Origin: Flavobacteriales bacterium
Lineage (GTDB): Bacteria; Bacteroidota; Bacteroidia; UBA10329
Direction of reading: 5' to 3'
Length of the DNA stretch: 64,000 nt
NCBI GenBank assembly: GCA_021741075.1
Contig: JAIOYO010000013.1
Coordinates: forward strand, 3,121-67,120
The translations under genes were made by a program, and so were the position numbers. The notes below the pieces were generated by a model. That model saw only the letters and a program-made list of their open reading frames with translations, had not been told where the DNA came from and did not search any database. Shown here in pieces: positions 47,973 through 56,053 of this stretch. The number at the start of each line of letters is the position of its first letter. The first letter of the stretch is position 1.

Positions 47973-49483
47973 AAATTCTTACAGCAGAACAGATTCGTGA
48001 ATTGGACAAATTCACGATAGAAAATGAACCGATTTCGTCTTTCGAATTGATGGAACGTGCTGCCGAAGCAAGCTACGACCTGCTTCCGTTCGAAGAATTC
48101 TTTTGGTTTGGTCCCACCGTTTATGTTTGCGGGAAAGGAAACAACGGAGGAGACGGTTTGGCAATGGCTCGCCTGCAATCCGAAGAAGACCCGAACGTGA
48201 TTGTTGTAATTATTGAACATACCAAAGAAGGAAGTCCAGACTTTGCGCACAATCTTTATTTACTGGAAGAAGAAGAAAATGTCACCATTTTTCGAGTTAA
48301 AAAAATGGCAGATTTTCCAAAGGTCGAATCGAAAGCACTTATTGTAGATGCCATCCTCGGTACAGGCCTTTCACGTCCGTTAGAAGGATTGTTGGCAGAT
48401 GTGGTGGGGCATCTGAATACACTCGAAAATAAGATTGTGAGTGTGGATTTGCCCACAGGATTATTTGCAGACGATAATTCTGGAAATAACATGGAGACAG
48501 TAGTTCGGGCCAATCAAACAAATACGTTCCATTGCCCTAAAATGAGTCTACTCATGCCAGATACGGGCGTTTATGCTGGTAATCTGAATGTGTTGGATAT
48601 CGGTTTGATGGATAAGGAAATGAATCCATCGGGAGTTTATGAATACGTTCAGGTAGAAGACCTACGGAAACTCTATCGAGAAAGACCTAAATTTTCACAC
48701 AAAGGAACCTACGGGCATGCGCTCTTACTTGCAGGTTCTAAAGGAAAAATGGGAGCAACTCAATTGGCTGCTTTGGCCTGTTTAAAAGCTGGCGCTGGAG
48801 TGGTAACCGCACATGTGCCTAGTTGCGGTTTAGATATTATGCAAGTAGGAGTAAAGGAAGCCATGTGTTCGGTTGATACGAATACTGATTTCATAATTGA
48901 TTTGCCGAATCTAAGTCCGTTCAACGCCATTGGAATTGGCCCTGGAATTGGAACAGAAAAAGACACCGCAAATGTGCTCAAGAGACTGGTTCAAGATGCG
49001 GACGCTCGATTGATACTTGACGCGGATGCGCTAAATATTTTAGGTGAAAATAAAACATGGCTTTCGTTTCTTCCTAAAGGAACTATTCTTACACCACATC
49101 CGAAGGAGTTTGAAAGATTGGCAGGTAGGTGGGAAACATCGTTGGAGCGTCTTCAGATGCAAATCGACTTTTCTAAAAAGTATGGAGCTGTGGTGGTGCT
49201 TAAGGGAGCGCATACGTCTACAACTATTCCCTCAGGTCAGGTATTTTTCAATTCAACTGGAAACGCAGGCATGGCAACCGCAGGATGCGGAGATGTGCTG
49301 ACGGGCATTATTTTAGGGTTGTTGGCTCAGGGTTATTCTCCTGAAGTTGCAGCGGTAATGGGTGTTTTTATTCATGGAGAAGCAGGAGACTATTGCATTT
49401 TGGACAGTGCAAAAGAATCGCTTGTTGCTAGCGATATAATCGAAAATTTGGGTAGAGCTTTTGCCGAGCTGGCGTCTATCTAA
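47969..49483 (+). CDS. nnr: Bifunctional NAD(P)H-hydrate epimerase / ADP-dependent dehydratase
   Basis: 504 aa. The N-terminal YjeF-N part contains CGKGNNGGDG, and the C-terminal kinase-like part contains GPGIG and GCGDVLTG. Confidence 0.9.
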   Translation: MKILTAEQIRELDKFTIENEPISSFELMERAAEASYDLLPFEEFFWFGPTVYVCGKGNNGGDGLAMARLQSEEDPNVIVVIIEHTKEGSPDFAHNLYLLEEEENVTIFRVKKMADFPKVESKALIVDAILGTGLSRPLEGLLADVVGHLNTLENKIVSVDLPTGLFADDNSGNNMETVVRANQTNTFHCPKMSLLMPDTGVYAGNLNVLDIGLMDKEMNPSGVYEYVQVEDLRKLYRERPKFSHKGTYGHALLLAGSKGKMGATQLAALACLKAGAGVVTAHVPSCGLDIMQVGVKEAMCSVDTNTDFIIDLPNLSPFNAIGIGPGIGTEKDTANVLKRLVQDADARLILDADALNILGENKTWLSFLPKGTILTPHPKEFERLAGRWETSLERLQMQIDFSKKYGAVVVLKGAHTSTTIPSGQVFFNSTGNAGMATAGCGDVLTGIILGLLAQGYSPEVAAVMGVFIHGEAGDYCILDSAKESLVASDIIENLGRAFAELASI

Positions 49484-50855
49484 TCACTAGCTTTTCGTTG
49501 AACAGCTCATCTTTTGAAGAGCCTACAACGATATACATTCCTGGAACCAAGTTGTTTCGAGGGTCGATGGCCGTAATTGGACCTGGACCTTGATTTAGAA
49601 TCACTTTAGAATAGGATTGTTTTCCCATCATGTCGTAAACAATAACGAGTATTTCCGAACCAACAATTTTGCTGATGTCAATTTTGATTGGGTCAGAAGT
49701 ATATGCAGGATTTGGATATAATCCCGATGTCACGTTGATTGGAGCTCCGTCAGAAAAGCCTTCCTCTATTGCCGTGGCAATGCTGTAATTCACAGCATAG
49801 CCAAGTGTTTCCAGCACTCGCACTTCATCTTCATGAAGCATTTTAAATGCATCGCCCTTGGAAAGTGATGGATGCATCACGTATTCACCATGGTCAGAAC
49901 GGCCATTGTCAAAATGATCTAAGCTGGAACCATTGAACGGATTAGGAGAGAAAACTGGAGCATATTGACCTGGATAAAGTTCAAACCAAACTTGATTGTT
50001 GGTTAATGCGCCATCATCAGGAGATGCAACCACGGTGCTTGAGCCGCTACCGCTTTCTTCAAAGAGCACATCTTTGTTGTAATCGGCCAAATATTCATCA
50101 AATGAGGTATACACGTTTTCAGAAGCCGCAGATTGTCCGTTTTCATTAGCATAGCTGGTGAAACCAAGCATGTGCAATATCTCGTGCAGAGCAATGGTGT
50201 AAAAATCATACTCTTGGCTACTAGGAGATGCATTTACGTTATAGCTGTAGTTCAGATTTCCATGGAAATTGAATTGCAAATAGCCGTCTGGGTAGGCATC
50301 ATATGGGTCATTGCCAGAAGTTATGTGAGCCTTAGTAAACGGAGCATTGAAACCTTTGGAACCGAAATAGTAAGCTGCTGAAAATGCAAAGGGATTTGAA
50401 GTTGGATTGCCAGAGAATGATTCACGTATTTCGATGTCAGCTTGGCCATAATCCTCAAGCATGGCAGAATAGTAGGCAAAGGCAGCTTCCAATGCTGCTC
50501 TGCGCAGGGCGCCAAGTGTTGGGTGATCAAATCCTTGTCCGTTTCCATTTACTTGATCTAAATACGTCAGATTGAAAGTTGGGCCTATTTCGCTTCTTAG
50601 GTCACTTGCATTCGGAATTCTGCTGATGGATCTTGCCCAAGCATTTTCGGCTCTTTCACTTGCGGTCATTCTGAATACAGGATGCGCGATAATTGTGTTG
50701 CCAACTGCATCTACTGGCGTTTCAATCCCGTCAATGGTTTCTAAAAATATTGCACCGTGAGATGAATGTGGTTCATCGAACATTACATCCTGAGCAATCA
50801 CTTTTGAGCAGGTCCATGCGGAGATAAGAATGAAGAGTGAGACTATTCGGAGCAT
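49476..50855 (-). CDS. Secreted HExxH metalloprotease-like protein with a T9SS type-A CTD
   Basis: 459 aa with a signal peptide and an ALHEILHMLGF motif. The C-terminus is GLYPNPAYTSDPIKIDIS...GMYIVVGSSKDELFNEKLVIR. Its 3' end overlaps nnr by 8 nt. Confidence 0.75.
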   Translation of the reverse strand: MLRIVSLFILISAWTCSKVIAQDVMFDEPHSSHGAIFLETIDGIETPVDAVGNTIIAHPVFRMTASERAENAWARSISRIPNASDLRSEIGPTFNLTYLDQVNGNGQGFDHPTLGALRRAALEAAFAYYSAMLEDYGQADIEIRESFSGNPTSNPFAFSAAYYFGSKGFNAPFTKAHITSGNDPYDAYPDGYLQFNFHGNLNYSYNVNASPSSQEYDFYTIALHEILHMLGFTSYANENGQSAASENVYTSFDEYLADYNKDVLFEESGSGSSTVVASPDDGALTNNQVWFELYPGQYAPVFSPNPFNGSSLDHFDNGRSDHGEYVMHPSLSKGDAFKMLHEDEVRVLETLGYAVNYSIATAIEEGFSDGAPINVTSGLYPNPAYTSDPIKIDISKIVGSEILVIVYDMMGKQSYSKVILNQGPGPITAIDPRNNLVPGMYIVVGSSKDELFNEKLVIR

Positions 50856-50970
50856 AATCCAGTTTATGTTGGGTTATACTTAGGGGTTTAAGTTTTAGAT
50901 ACATCTTTTAGACTGAAATTATCTCAGTCGGGATGAATTGAGAAGAATAAAGGATGAATCGGTAAACGAC

Positions 50971-51591
50971 CTACGAAAGGTCTTCAATAGAGCCTTTTCC
51001 TTCACGAATTACTACTACTTCTCCATCTGCACAGTTTAAAACCGTAGATCCTTCGAAGCCTCCATAGCCACCATCAATCACCATGTCTACCAAATTTTCA
51101 AACTTCTCGTGAATGAGAGATGGATCTGTAATGTATTCAACCATATCATTTGCATCATGAACAGATGCTGTCATAATCGGGTTGCCAAGCTCTGCCACAA
51201 TTGCAAGCGGAATACTGTTGGAAGGAATTCTAATTCCAACAGTTCTTTTGTTACTCTGAAATAGCTTAGGGACTTTATTTGTAGCATTGAGTATGAACGT
51301 GTACGGGCCAGGCAACAGTCGTTTCATCAACTTAAACGTTGAATTATCAATCTGAGAACAGAAATCTGTAATGTGACTCAAATCAGAACAGATAAATGAG
51401 AACTGTGCTTTATCTGGTTTAATATTCCGAATCTGGCAGATACGTTCAACTGCTTTTCGGTTGTTGATGTCGCAGCCGATACCATAAACAGTATCGGTAG
51501 GATAAATAATTACTCCGCCTCGTTTCAGACAATCCACTACTTCCCGAATAGCTTTCGGATTAGGATTCTCTTCGTAGATGCGGATTAGCAT
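50971..51591 (-). CDS. tsaC: L-threonylcarbamoyladenylate synthase (YrdC/TsaC family)
   Basis: 206 aa. IYPTDTVYGIGCD and RTVGIRIP motifs are present. Confidence 0.85.
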   Translation of the reverse strand: MLIRIYEENPNPKAIREVVDCLKRGGVIIYPTDTVYGIGCDINNRKAVERICQIRNIKPDKAQFSFICSDLSHITDFCSQIDNSTFKLMKRLLPGPYTFILNATNKVPKLFQSNKRTVGIRIPSNSIPLAIVAELGNPIMTASVHDANDMVEYITDPSLIHEKFENLVDMVIDGGYGGFEGSTVLNCADGEVVVIREGKGSIEDLS

Positions 51592-51597
51592 ATCAGT

Positions 51598-52251
51598 CTA
51601 TTTATTAGCTTCAAAATCGGCCAAAAACTTGGCAAGACCAATGTCTGTTAATGGATGATTCAATAATCCGAGGATGGCGCTTAATGGACAAGTGGCTACG
51701 TCAGCTCCTTCTTCTGCACATCTTACAATATGCATGGTGTGTCTGATGCTGGCAGCCAAAATCTGCGTGTCGAACATGTAGTTGTCATATATTAATCGGA
51801 TTTGAGCAATCAACTCCATTCCATCTTGCGAGTTGTCGTCCAATCTTCCCAAGAAAGGAGAAACATAGGTTGCTCCAGCTTTGGCAGCCAAAAGTGCTTG
51901 CCCCGCACTGAAAACCAACGTGCAATTGGTTCTAATTCCCTTATCAGAAAAGTACTTGATTGCCTTTATGCCATCTTTAATCATCGGTACTTTTACCACA
52001 ATTTGTGGATGAAGTTTAGCCAAAGCCTCGCCTTCCTTCACCATTCCAGCAAAATCTGTAGCGATTACTTCAGCACTCACGTCTCCATCAACAATATTAC
52101 AGATGTCGATGTAGTGTTGCTTAACCCGAGCATCACCATGAATTCCTTCTTTCGCCATCAACGAGGGGTTGGTGGTAACACCATCCAATACACCCAAATC
52201 TTGGGCTTCTTTGATTTGGGCAAGATTTGCTGTATCAATAAAGAATTTCAT
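51598..52251 (-). CDS. fsa: Fructose-6-phosphate aldolase / transaldolase family 3B
   Basis: 217 aa. The N-terminus reads [16 protein letters not shown]...GVTTNPSL, and the Schiff-base Lys region VVKVPM is present. Confidence 0.88.
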   Translation of the reverse strand: MKFFIDTANLAQIKEAQDLGVLDGVTTNPSLMAKEGIHGDARVKQHYIDICNIVDGDVSAEVIATDFAGMVKEGEALAKLHPQIVVKVPMIKDGIKAIKYFSDKGIRTNCTLVFSAGQALLAAKAGATYVSPFLGRLDDNSQDGMELIAQIRLIYDNYMFDTQILAASIRHTMHIVRCAEEGADVATCPLSAILGLLNHPLTDIGLAKFLADFEANK

Positions 52252-52289
52252 GTGCTTATATTTTTATACAAAGTTGCTTAACTCCTTAG

Positions 52290-52510
52290 GTGGAGGCAAG
52301 TCGATGGCTGAAAAGAAATGAACATGTTTTAAAAGAGCGCAGCACCCTAAACTATAAGGCACTAAAAAGGGGTAAGCGATCTATGTCGCACCGCTACAAC
52401 CATCTACCCTTGCTGTATTCCTACCCTGGGGGATTCGATGGGAGCTGGTCGCACAGGACTTACCCCAGCCGCAAAGGTAGAAACCTTCTTTTGTATCGCA
52501 ACCCTTAAAT
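52290..52510. other. G+C-rich self-complementary intergenic island; candidate cis-regulatory leader or small RNA (family not identified)
   Basis: By my count, 52369-52480 has 64/112 G+C while 52507-52592 has 20/86. GGGGTAAG (52369-76) pairs with CTTACCCC (52459-66). An alternative pairing joins 52367-80 with 52495-506. No plausible ORF is present. Confidence 0.3.
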
Positions 52511-52592
52511 TAATGTCTTTAACAGACGGTAAAATTTGGCTTGTATAATTTAAAGTGATACTATTGTGATATCATATTAAATAAAGAAAACC

Positions 52593-53453
52593 ATGAAAGA
52601 AGAAAAAAACATACATCCTGCTTCAGGATGGGTTATGCTAGGCGTTAATTTAGGTTTGTCAGGAGCACTGATTGCCGCAACAGTCGCATTCAGGCAACCG
52701 CCATGGTTATTCGCTTTGGCTATCCCGCTAATTGCCTCAATTGGTTTATTTATAGTAAATCCAAACGAGTCGGTGGTGCTCGTTCTTTTTGGTAAGTATG
52801 AAGGAACTGTAAGAACCGATGGTTTTTTCTGGGTAAACCCATTTAATGTCAAAAAGAAGATTTCGCTTCGCGCCCACAATTTTGATAACGAACCAATTAA
52901 AGTGAACGACAAGCTGGGTAATCCCATTATGATTGGTGCCGTGGTGGTTTGGAGAGTGAAGGATACCTACAAAGCTGCGTTTGATGTGAATGATTATTTG
53001 GAATTTGTTGGAATACAGAGTGAGGCTGCGCTAAGGAATTTAGCAGGACATTATCCCTACGATGAGTTTCAAGATGATGATCAAGAAGCCGAAACTTCGC
53101 TACGCGGAGGTGGTGAAGAAGTGAATACCAAATTGGAAGAAGCACTAGATCATAGTTTAGGAATTGCAGGTATTGAAGTTTTGGAAGCCAGAATAAGCCA
53201 CTTGGCCTATGCAAATGAAATTGCTGGAGCCATGCTTCAGCGTCAGCAGGCAACAGCCATCGTTGCTGCAAGGCGAAAAATCGTGGAAGGGGCCGTTGGA
53301 ATGGTAGAAATGGCTCTTGAAGAATTAAGCAGAAAGGACATCGTGCATCTGGATGATGAGAAAAAAGCTGCCATGGTAAGTAATCTTATGGTGGTTCTAT
53401 GTTCCGACAAGAGCACCACGCCAGTCGTTAATGCAGGTTCACTCTACAATTGA
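52593..53453 (+). CDS. SPFH (band-7/stomatin-prohibitin) domain membrane protein
   Basis: 286 aa with two N-terminal TM helices, followed by [24 protein letters not shown]...[23 protein letters not shown]. Confidence 0.85.
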   Translation: MKEEKNIHPASGWVMLGVNLGLSGALIAATVAFRQPPWLFALAIPLIASIGLFIVNPNESVVLVLFGKYEGTVRTDGFFWVNPFNVKKKISLRAHNFDNEPIKVNDKLGNPIMIGAVVVWRVKDTYKAAFDVNDYLEFVGIQSEAALRNLAGHYPYDEFQDDDQEAETSLRGGGEEVNTKLEEALDHSLGIAGIEVLEARISHLAYANEIAGAMLQRQQATAIVAARRKIVEGAVGMVEMALEELSRKDIVHLDDEKKAAMVSNLMVVLCSDKSTTPVVNAGSLYN

Positions 53454-53459
53454 GAAGTC

Positions 53460-53615
53460 ATGAAAAAGTATCAGATTTTTAAAAAGAAGATGTTTGAGAG
53501 TATTGAAAAGTTTGAATTAAGACTCAACGAAGAGTGTCGGAAAGGATATCGGCCAATTTCAATTGCAAGCGACCAAGCTTATGGTACCATTGTTCTATTG
53601 GAAAAAACAAGTTAA
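53460..53615 (+). CDS. Small hypothetical protein (51 aa)
   Basis: Below the ORF-track size cutoff. The ATG lies 6 nt after the SPFH stop. The sequence is MKKYQIFKKKMFESIEKFELRLNEECRKGYRPISIASDQAYGTIVLLEKTS, which resembles DUF4177-type small proteins only weakly. Confidence 0.45.
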   Translation: MKKYQIFKKKMFESIEKFELRLNEECRKGYRPISIASDQAYGTIVLLEKTS

Positions 53616-53618
53616 GGT

Positions 53619-53786
53619 TTGTCTAAGAAAAAACCATTTGTCTTACGACTTGACCCCGAGGTCATGAAAGCAATCGAAAAATGGGCTGCGGATGAATTCC
53701 GCAGCTCAAATGGTCAATTAGAGTGGCTTGTGAGTAAAGCGTTGAAGGAAGCTGGTAGGTTGCCTAAAAATAAATCGGAAGTGTGA
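53619..53786 (+). CDS. Ribbon-helix-helix (Arc/CopG-like) DNA-binding protein (55 aa)
   Basis: Below the size cutoff. The TTG start lies 3 nt after the previous stop. (M)SKKKPFVLRLDPEVMKAIEKWAADEFRSSNGQLEWLVSKALKEAGRL fits a beta-strand/helix/helix pattern. Confidence 0.55.
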   Translation: MSKKKPFVLRLDPEVMKAIEKWAADEFRSSNGQLEWLVSKALKEAGRLPKNKSEV

Positions 53787-53822
53787 GTGTTCCCTTTAGA
53801 AAAGTACATGCTTAATTGATCC

Positions 53823-56015
53823 CTACTTTTGTTTATCCAAAAGTTTACGAACTAAGTTGCGGAGTTCCTCAACTTCTTGTTTTAGCGCTGTAACTGTATT
53901 GCTCAGATCAGCGATGTCCTTATCCTTTTCGAGTTTTAGTTCTTTTATTCCTCCTATTGCTAAAACACCAAAACTTGAATATCCTAAAGCTTTTACCTTA
54001 AAATCGTATCTGTCATCATTTGCTTCGGATACAATTGATGGAAAATATTTCTCGACATCTTGAGCAATAAATCCAATTTCTTTTTCTTTTCTTTCTGGTA
54101 GTACGACTCCTTTTTCTATTTGTACTTCTGTTCTTTCTTGTTCAATAAAATCATAATTCACTACATCTAGTTTTAGTAAACGTTCTAAGATATTACTCTC
54201 ATTTTGAATGTTTTCCTTCAGTCTTCTATCCGAATAAAAATCCCAATTGTTATCTCCGTCATAGCTGGCGTAATTACCTCCGTTTGTGTGCTGGATTCTC
54301 ATGTTTAAAGCTCCAGTGTAACTGTTATAAAAGAGAAAGCCATTATTAGTGGCTAATCGGTCCATCAATATGTACCAATAATTATCAACGTCATTATAAA
54401 GGCCACACGCTTGTCCGTTGTCCTGTGCCATCCACACATATCTTCCATCAATTGAATAACCTTCCCAGCCTCCAATACTTCCATAAGTAGAAACTGAGCC
54501 GTATTGTCCACCATCTGCTTGTACACGAGTAATTCCCGTTCCGCCATCTTCAAAGTAAAGCCCGTTATCTCCATGTGGTCGTAACCAACCATCGTAGAGA
54601 TAGAGTCCGTTTCCGTTCATCAAGGCTCGATTGGAATTGTTTCCCCTTCCGAAGTAGATGTTATTACCGTCATAATGGTTGATGTAAGTATCAAATCCAG
54701 AAGCAGCATCTAGATGAAGGTTTCCGTTGGTAGTTACCACCGATGCAACATTCGGGTCGTCAATCCATTCTCTTCCGTTAGAACCAACCGAAAGATACTT
54801 GTTCCAAGATGGGTTCGGGCCGTGTAAGGTTCCGCCACGAATTCTACCGGCTTCTCGATTGGTACTATTAGGATCAAGGCCATAACCGCTATCATCTAAG
54901 TCTCTAAAATTTCTTCCCCAGAATTGACCATCCGCTCGTACATAAAACTGATCGGTTCCAGTTCCATTTCCAACTCTAAATTGCTGTGTGCTACCACCAA
55001 CAGCGCCATTATCCCAATTGACAATCATGGCGTAACCTGCAGGATTGTTGAAATGGAAATTCGGAGTCATTCGAATGGCATTATTTGCGGGAGAATAACC
55101 TTGTATCATTGGAACAACACCTTCTAAAAACAAGTTTTGTGCTTTAAAACTTTCATAACCGGTTCCTGGATTATTTCTGATTGCAATTTTCCCATCGCTT
55201 TCGATGCTAATTTGAGATGCCACAATACCGCCCCAATGGAAGCCTAAACGAGGGGGTTGTTGAGCTCCTCCGGCAAAGTTTGTTTCTCGAAGTTCTAAAG
55301 AAGATTGGCTGTAACCGGTGGCATTGGAATTAGAAGCAATTTGCCAATCTCCGCTTCCATTGTTGGGAATAAAGCCTAGAGCGGAAATGTCACTCGCCAC
55401 AAGCGGTGAGGAAACAAAATTAGTACCATTTCCTCGGAGATAATTGCCAGTCGGAGCAGCATTCGAAACACGATAACCTACGGTTGTGTTGGAGTATCCA
55501 TTTGCTTCAAAATTACCAACGCGCATGGAGGTGAACCCGCCACCTGCAGACCAGCCCGTTGTTGAGAACCAATTGTCAGCGGCCAACCCAAAATGAGCAC
55601 CCCAAACACCTTCGCGATGAAAAGATATAAAAGCATCGCCACTACCAGCGTTCGAAATTTCAATCTGACCTTCATTAGCGTTGCCTAAGCTGTATCCTCC
55701 CCGTCTGACCCGCTCCTTACCTGTGACATCAAGGTTATAGCTAGGCGAAATATTAGCAACACCAACCCTTCTATTAGCACCGTCAAGCGTTAGTGTTGTA
55801 TTGCCAGAGTTAATAGCGGAATGCGGGTTGGGAATGTTTGCGGCATATCCGAAATCGAGAAATTGAGAACGGGCGCCCCAATTGCCTTGATTCATGGCCC
55901 ATTTCCTATAGTTGGCAGCATTGGCTGGATCATAGCTTACCAACGAAACGGTTAATCCGTGATTGTCGTTGGCTTGACTTGAAGCAACTACTAAGTCGCT
56001 ATAGGCAGATGACAA
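53823..56015 (-). CDS. Tail-fibre-like protein, C-terminal part with an S74-type intramolecular chaperone domain (probably the 3' portion of one frameshifted gene)
   Basis: 730 aa, called from a TTG with no signal peptide. The frame is open upstream to the TAA at 56160-56162. The C-terminus reads ...DFYSDRRLKENIQ...IGFIAQDVEKYFPSIV... and ends in a coiled-coil tail. Confidence 0.75.
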   Translation of the reverse strand: MSSAYSDLVVASSQANDNHGLTVSLVSYDPANAANYRKWAMNQGNWGARSQFLDFGYAANIPNPHSAINSGNTTLTLDGANRRVGVANISPSYNLDVTGKERVRRGGYSLGNANEGQIEISNAGSGDAFISFHREGVWGAHFGLAADNWFSTTGWSAGGGFTSMRVGNFEANGYSNTTVGYRVSNAAPTGNYLRGNGTNFVSSPLVASDISALGFIPNNGSGDWQIASNSNATGYSQSSLELRETNFAGGAQQPPRLGFHWGGIVASQISIESDGKIAIRNNPGTGYESFKAQNLFLEGVVPMIQGYSPANNAIRMTPNFHFNNPAGYAMIVNWDNGAVGGSTQQFRVGNGTGTDQFYVRADGQFWGRNFRDLDDSGYGLDPNSTNREAGRIRGGTLHGPNPSWNKYLSVGSNGREWIDDPNVASVVTTNGNLHLDAASGFDTYINHYDGNNIYFGRGNNSNRALMNGNGLYLYDGWLRPHGDNGLYFEDGGTGITRVQADGGQYGSVSTYGSIGGWEGYSIDGRYVWMAQDNGQACGLYNDVDNYWYILMDRLATNNGFLFYNSYTGALNMRIQHTNGGNYASYDGDNNWDFYSDRRLKENIQNESNILERLLKLDVVNYDFIEQERTEVQIEKGVVLPERKEKEIGFIAQDVEKYFPSIVSEANDDRYDFKVKALGYSSFGVLAIGGIKELKLEKDKDIADLSNTVTALKQEVEELRNLVRKLLDKQK

Positions 56016-56053
56016 AACTAGTTGAGCACGTCCATTTGCGCTCGTAGCGGCCT

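Noticed and set aside
52290-52508. 72-aa ORF (GTG start) covering the G+C-rich intergenic island
   Set aside because: It has a non-ATG start, no recognisable motif and a basic/aromatic composition unlike the neighbouring genes. It coincides exactly with the self-complementary segment, so I treat the region as a candidate RNA or regulatory element rather than a CDS.
52290-52510. Identification of the island as RNase P RNA, tmRNA, SRP (4.5S) RNA, or a c-di-GMP-I, fluoride or cobalamin riboswitch
   Set aside because: I looked for the hallmark strings from memory on both strands: GGAAAGTCCGGGC and ACAGAA..GGCTTA for RNase P; the GGGGCTGA...TTCGAC 5' end and CCACCA tail for tmRNA; the GGAA tetraloop with AGCAGCC for SRP; and the riboswitch cores. 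I found only short partial resemblances (for example GCACAGG...CGCAAAG) with wrong spacing, and the gap is too short for RNase P or tmRNA.
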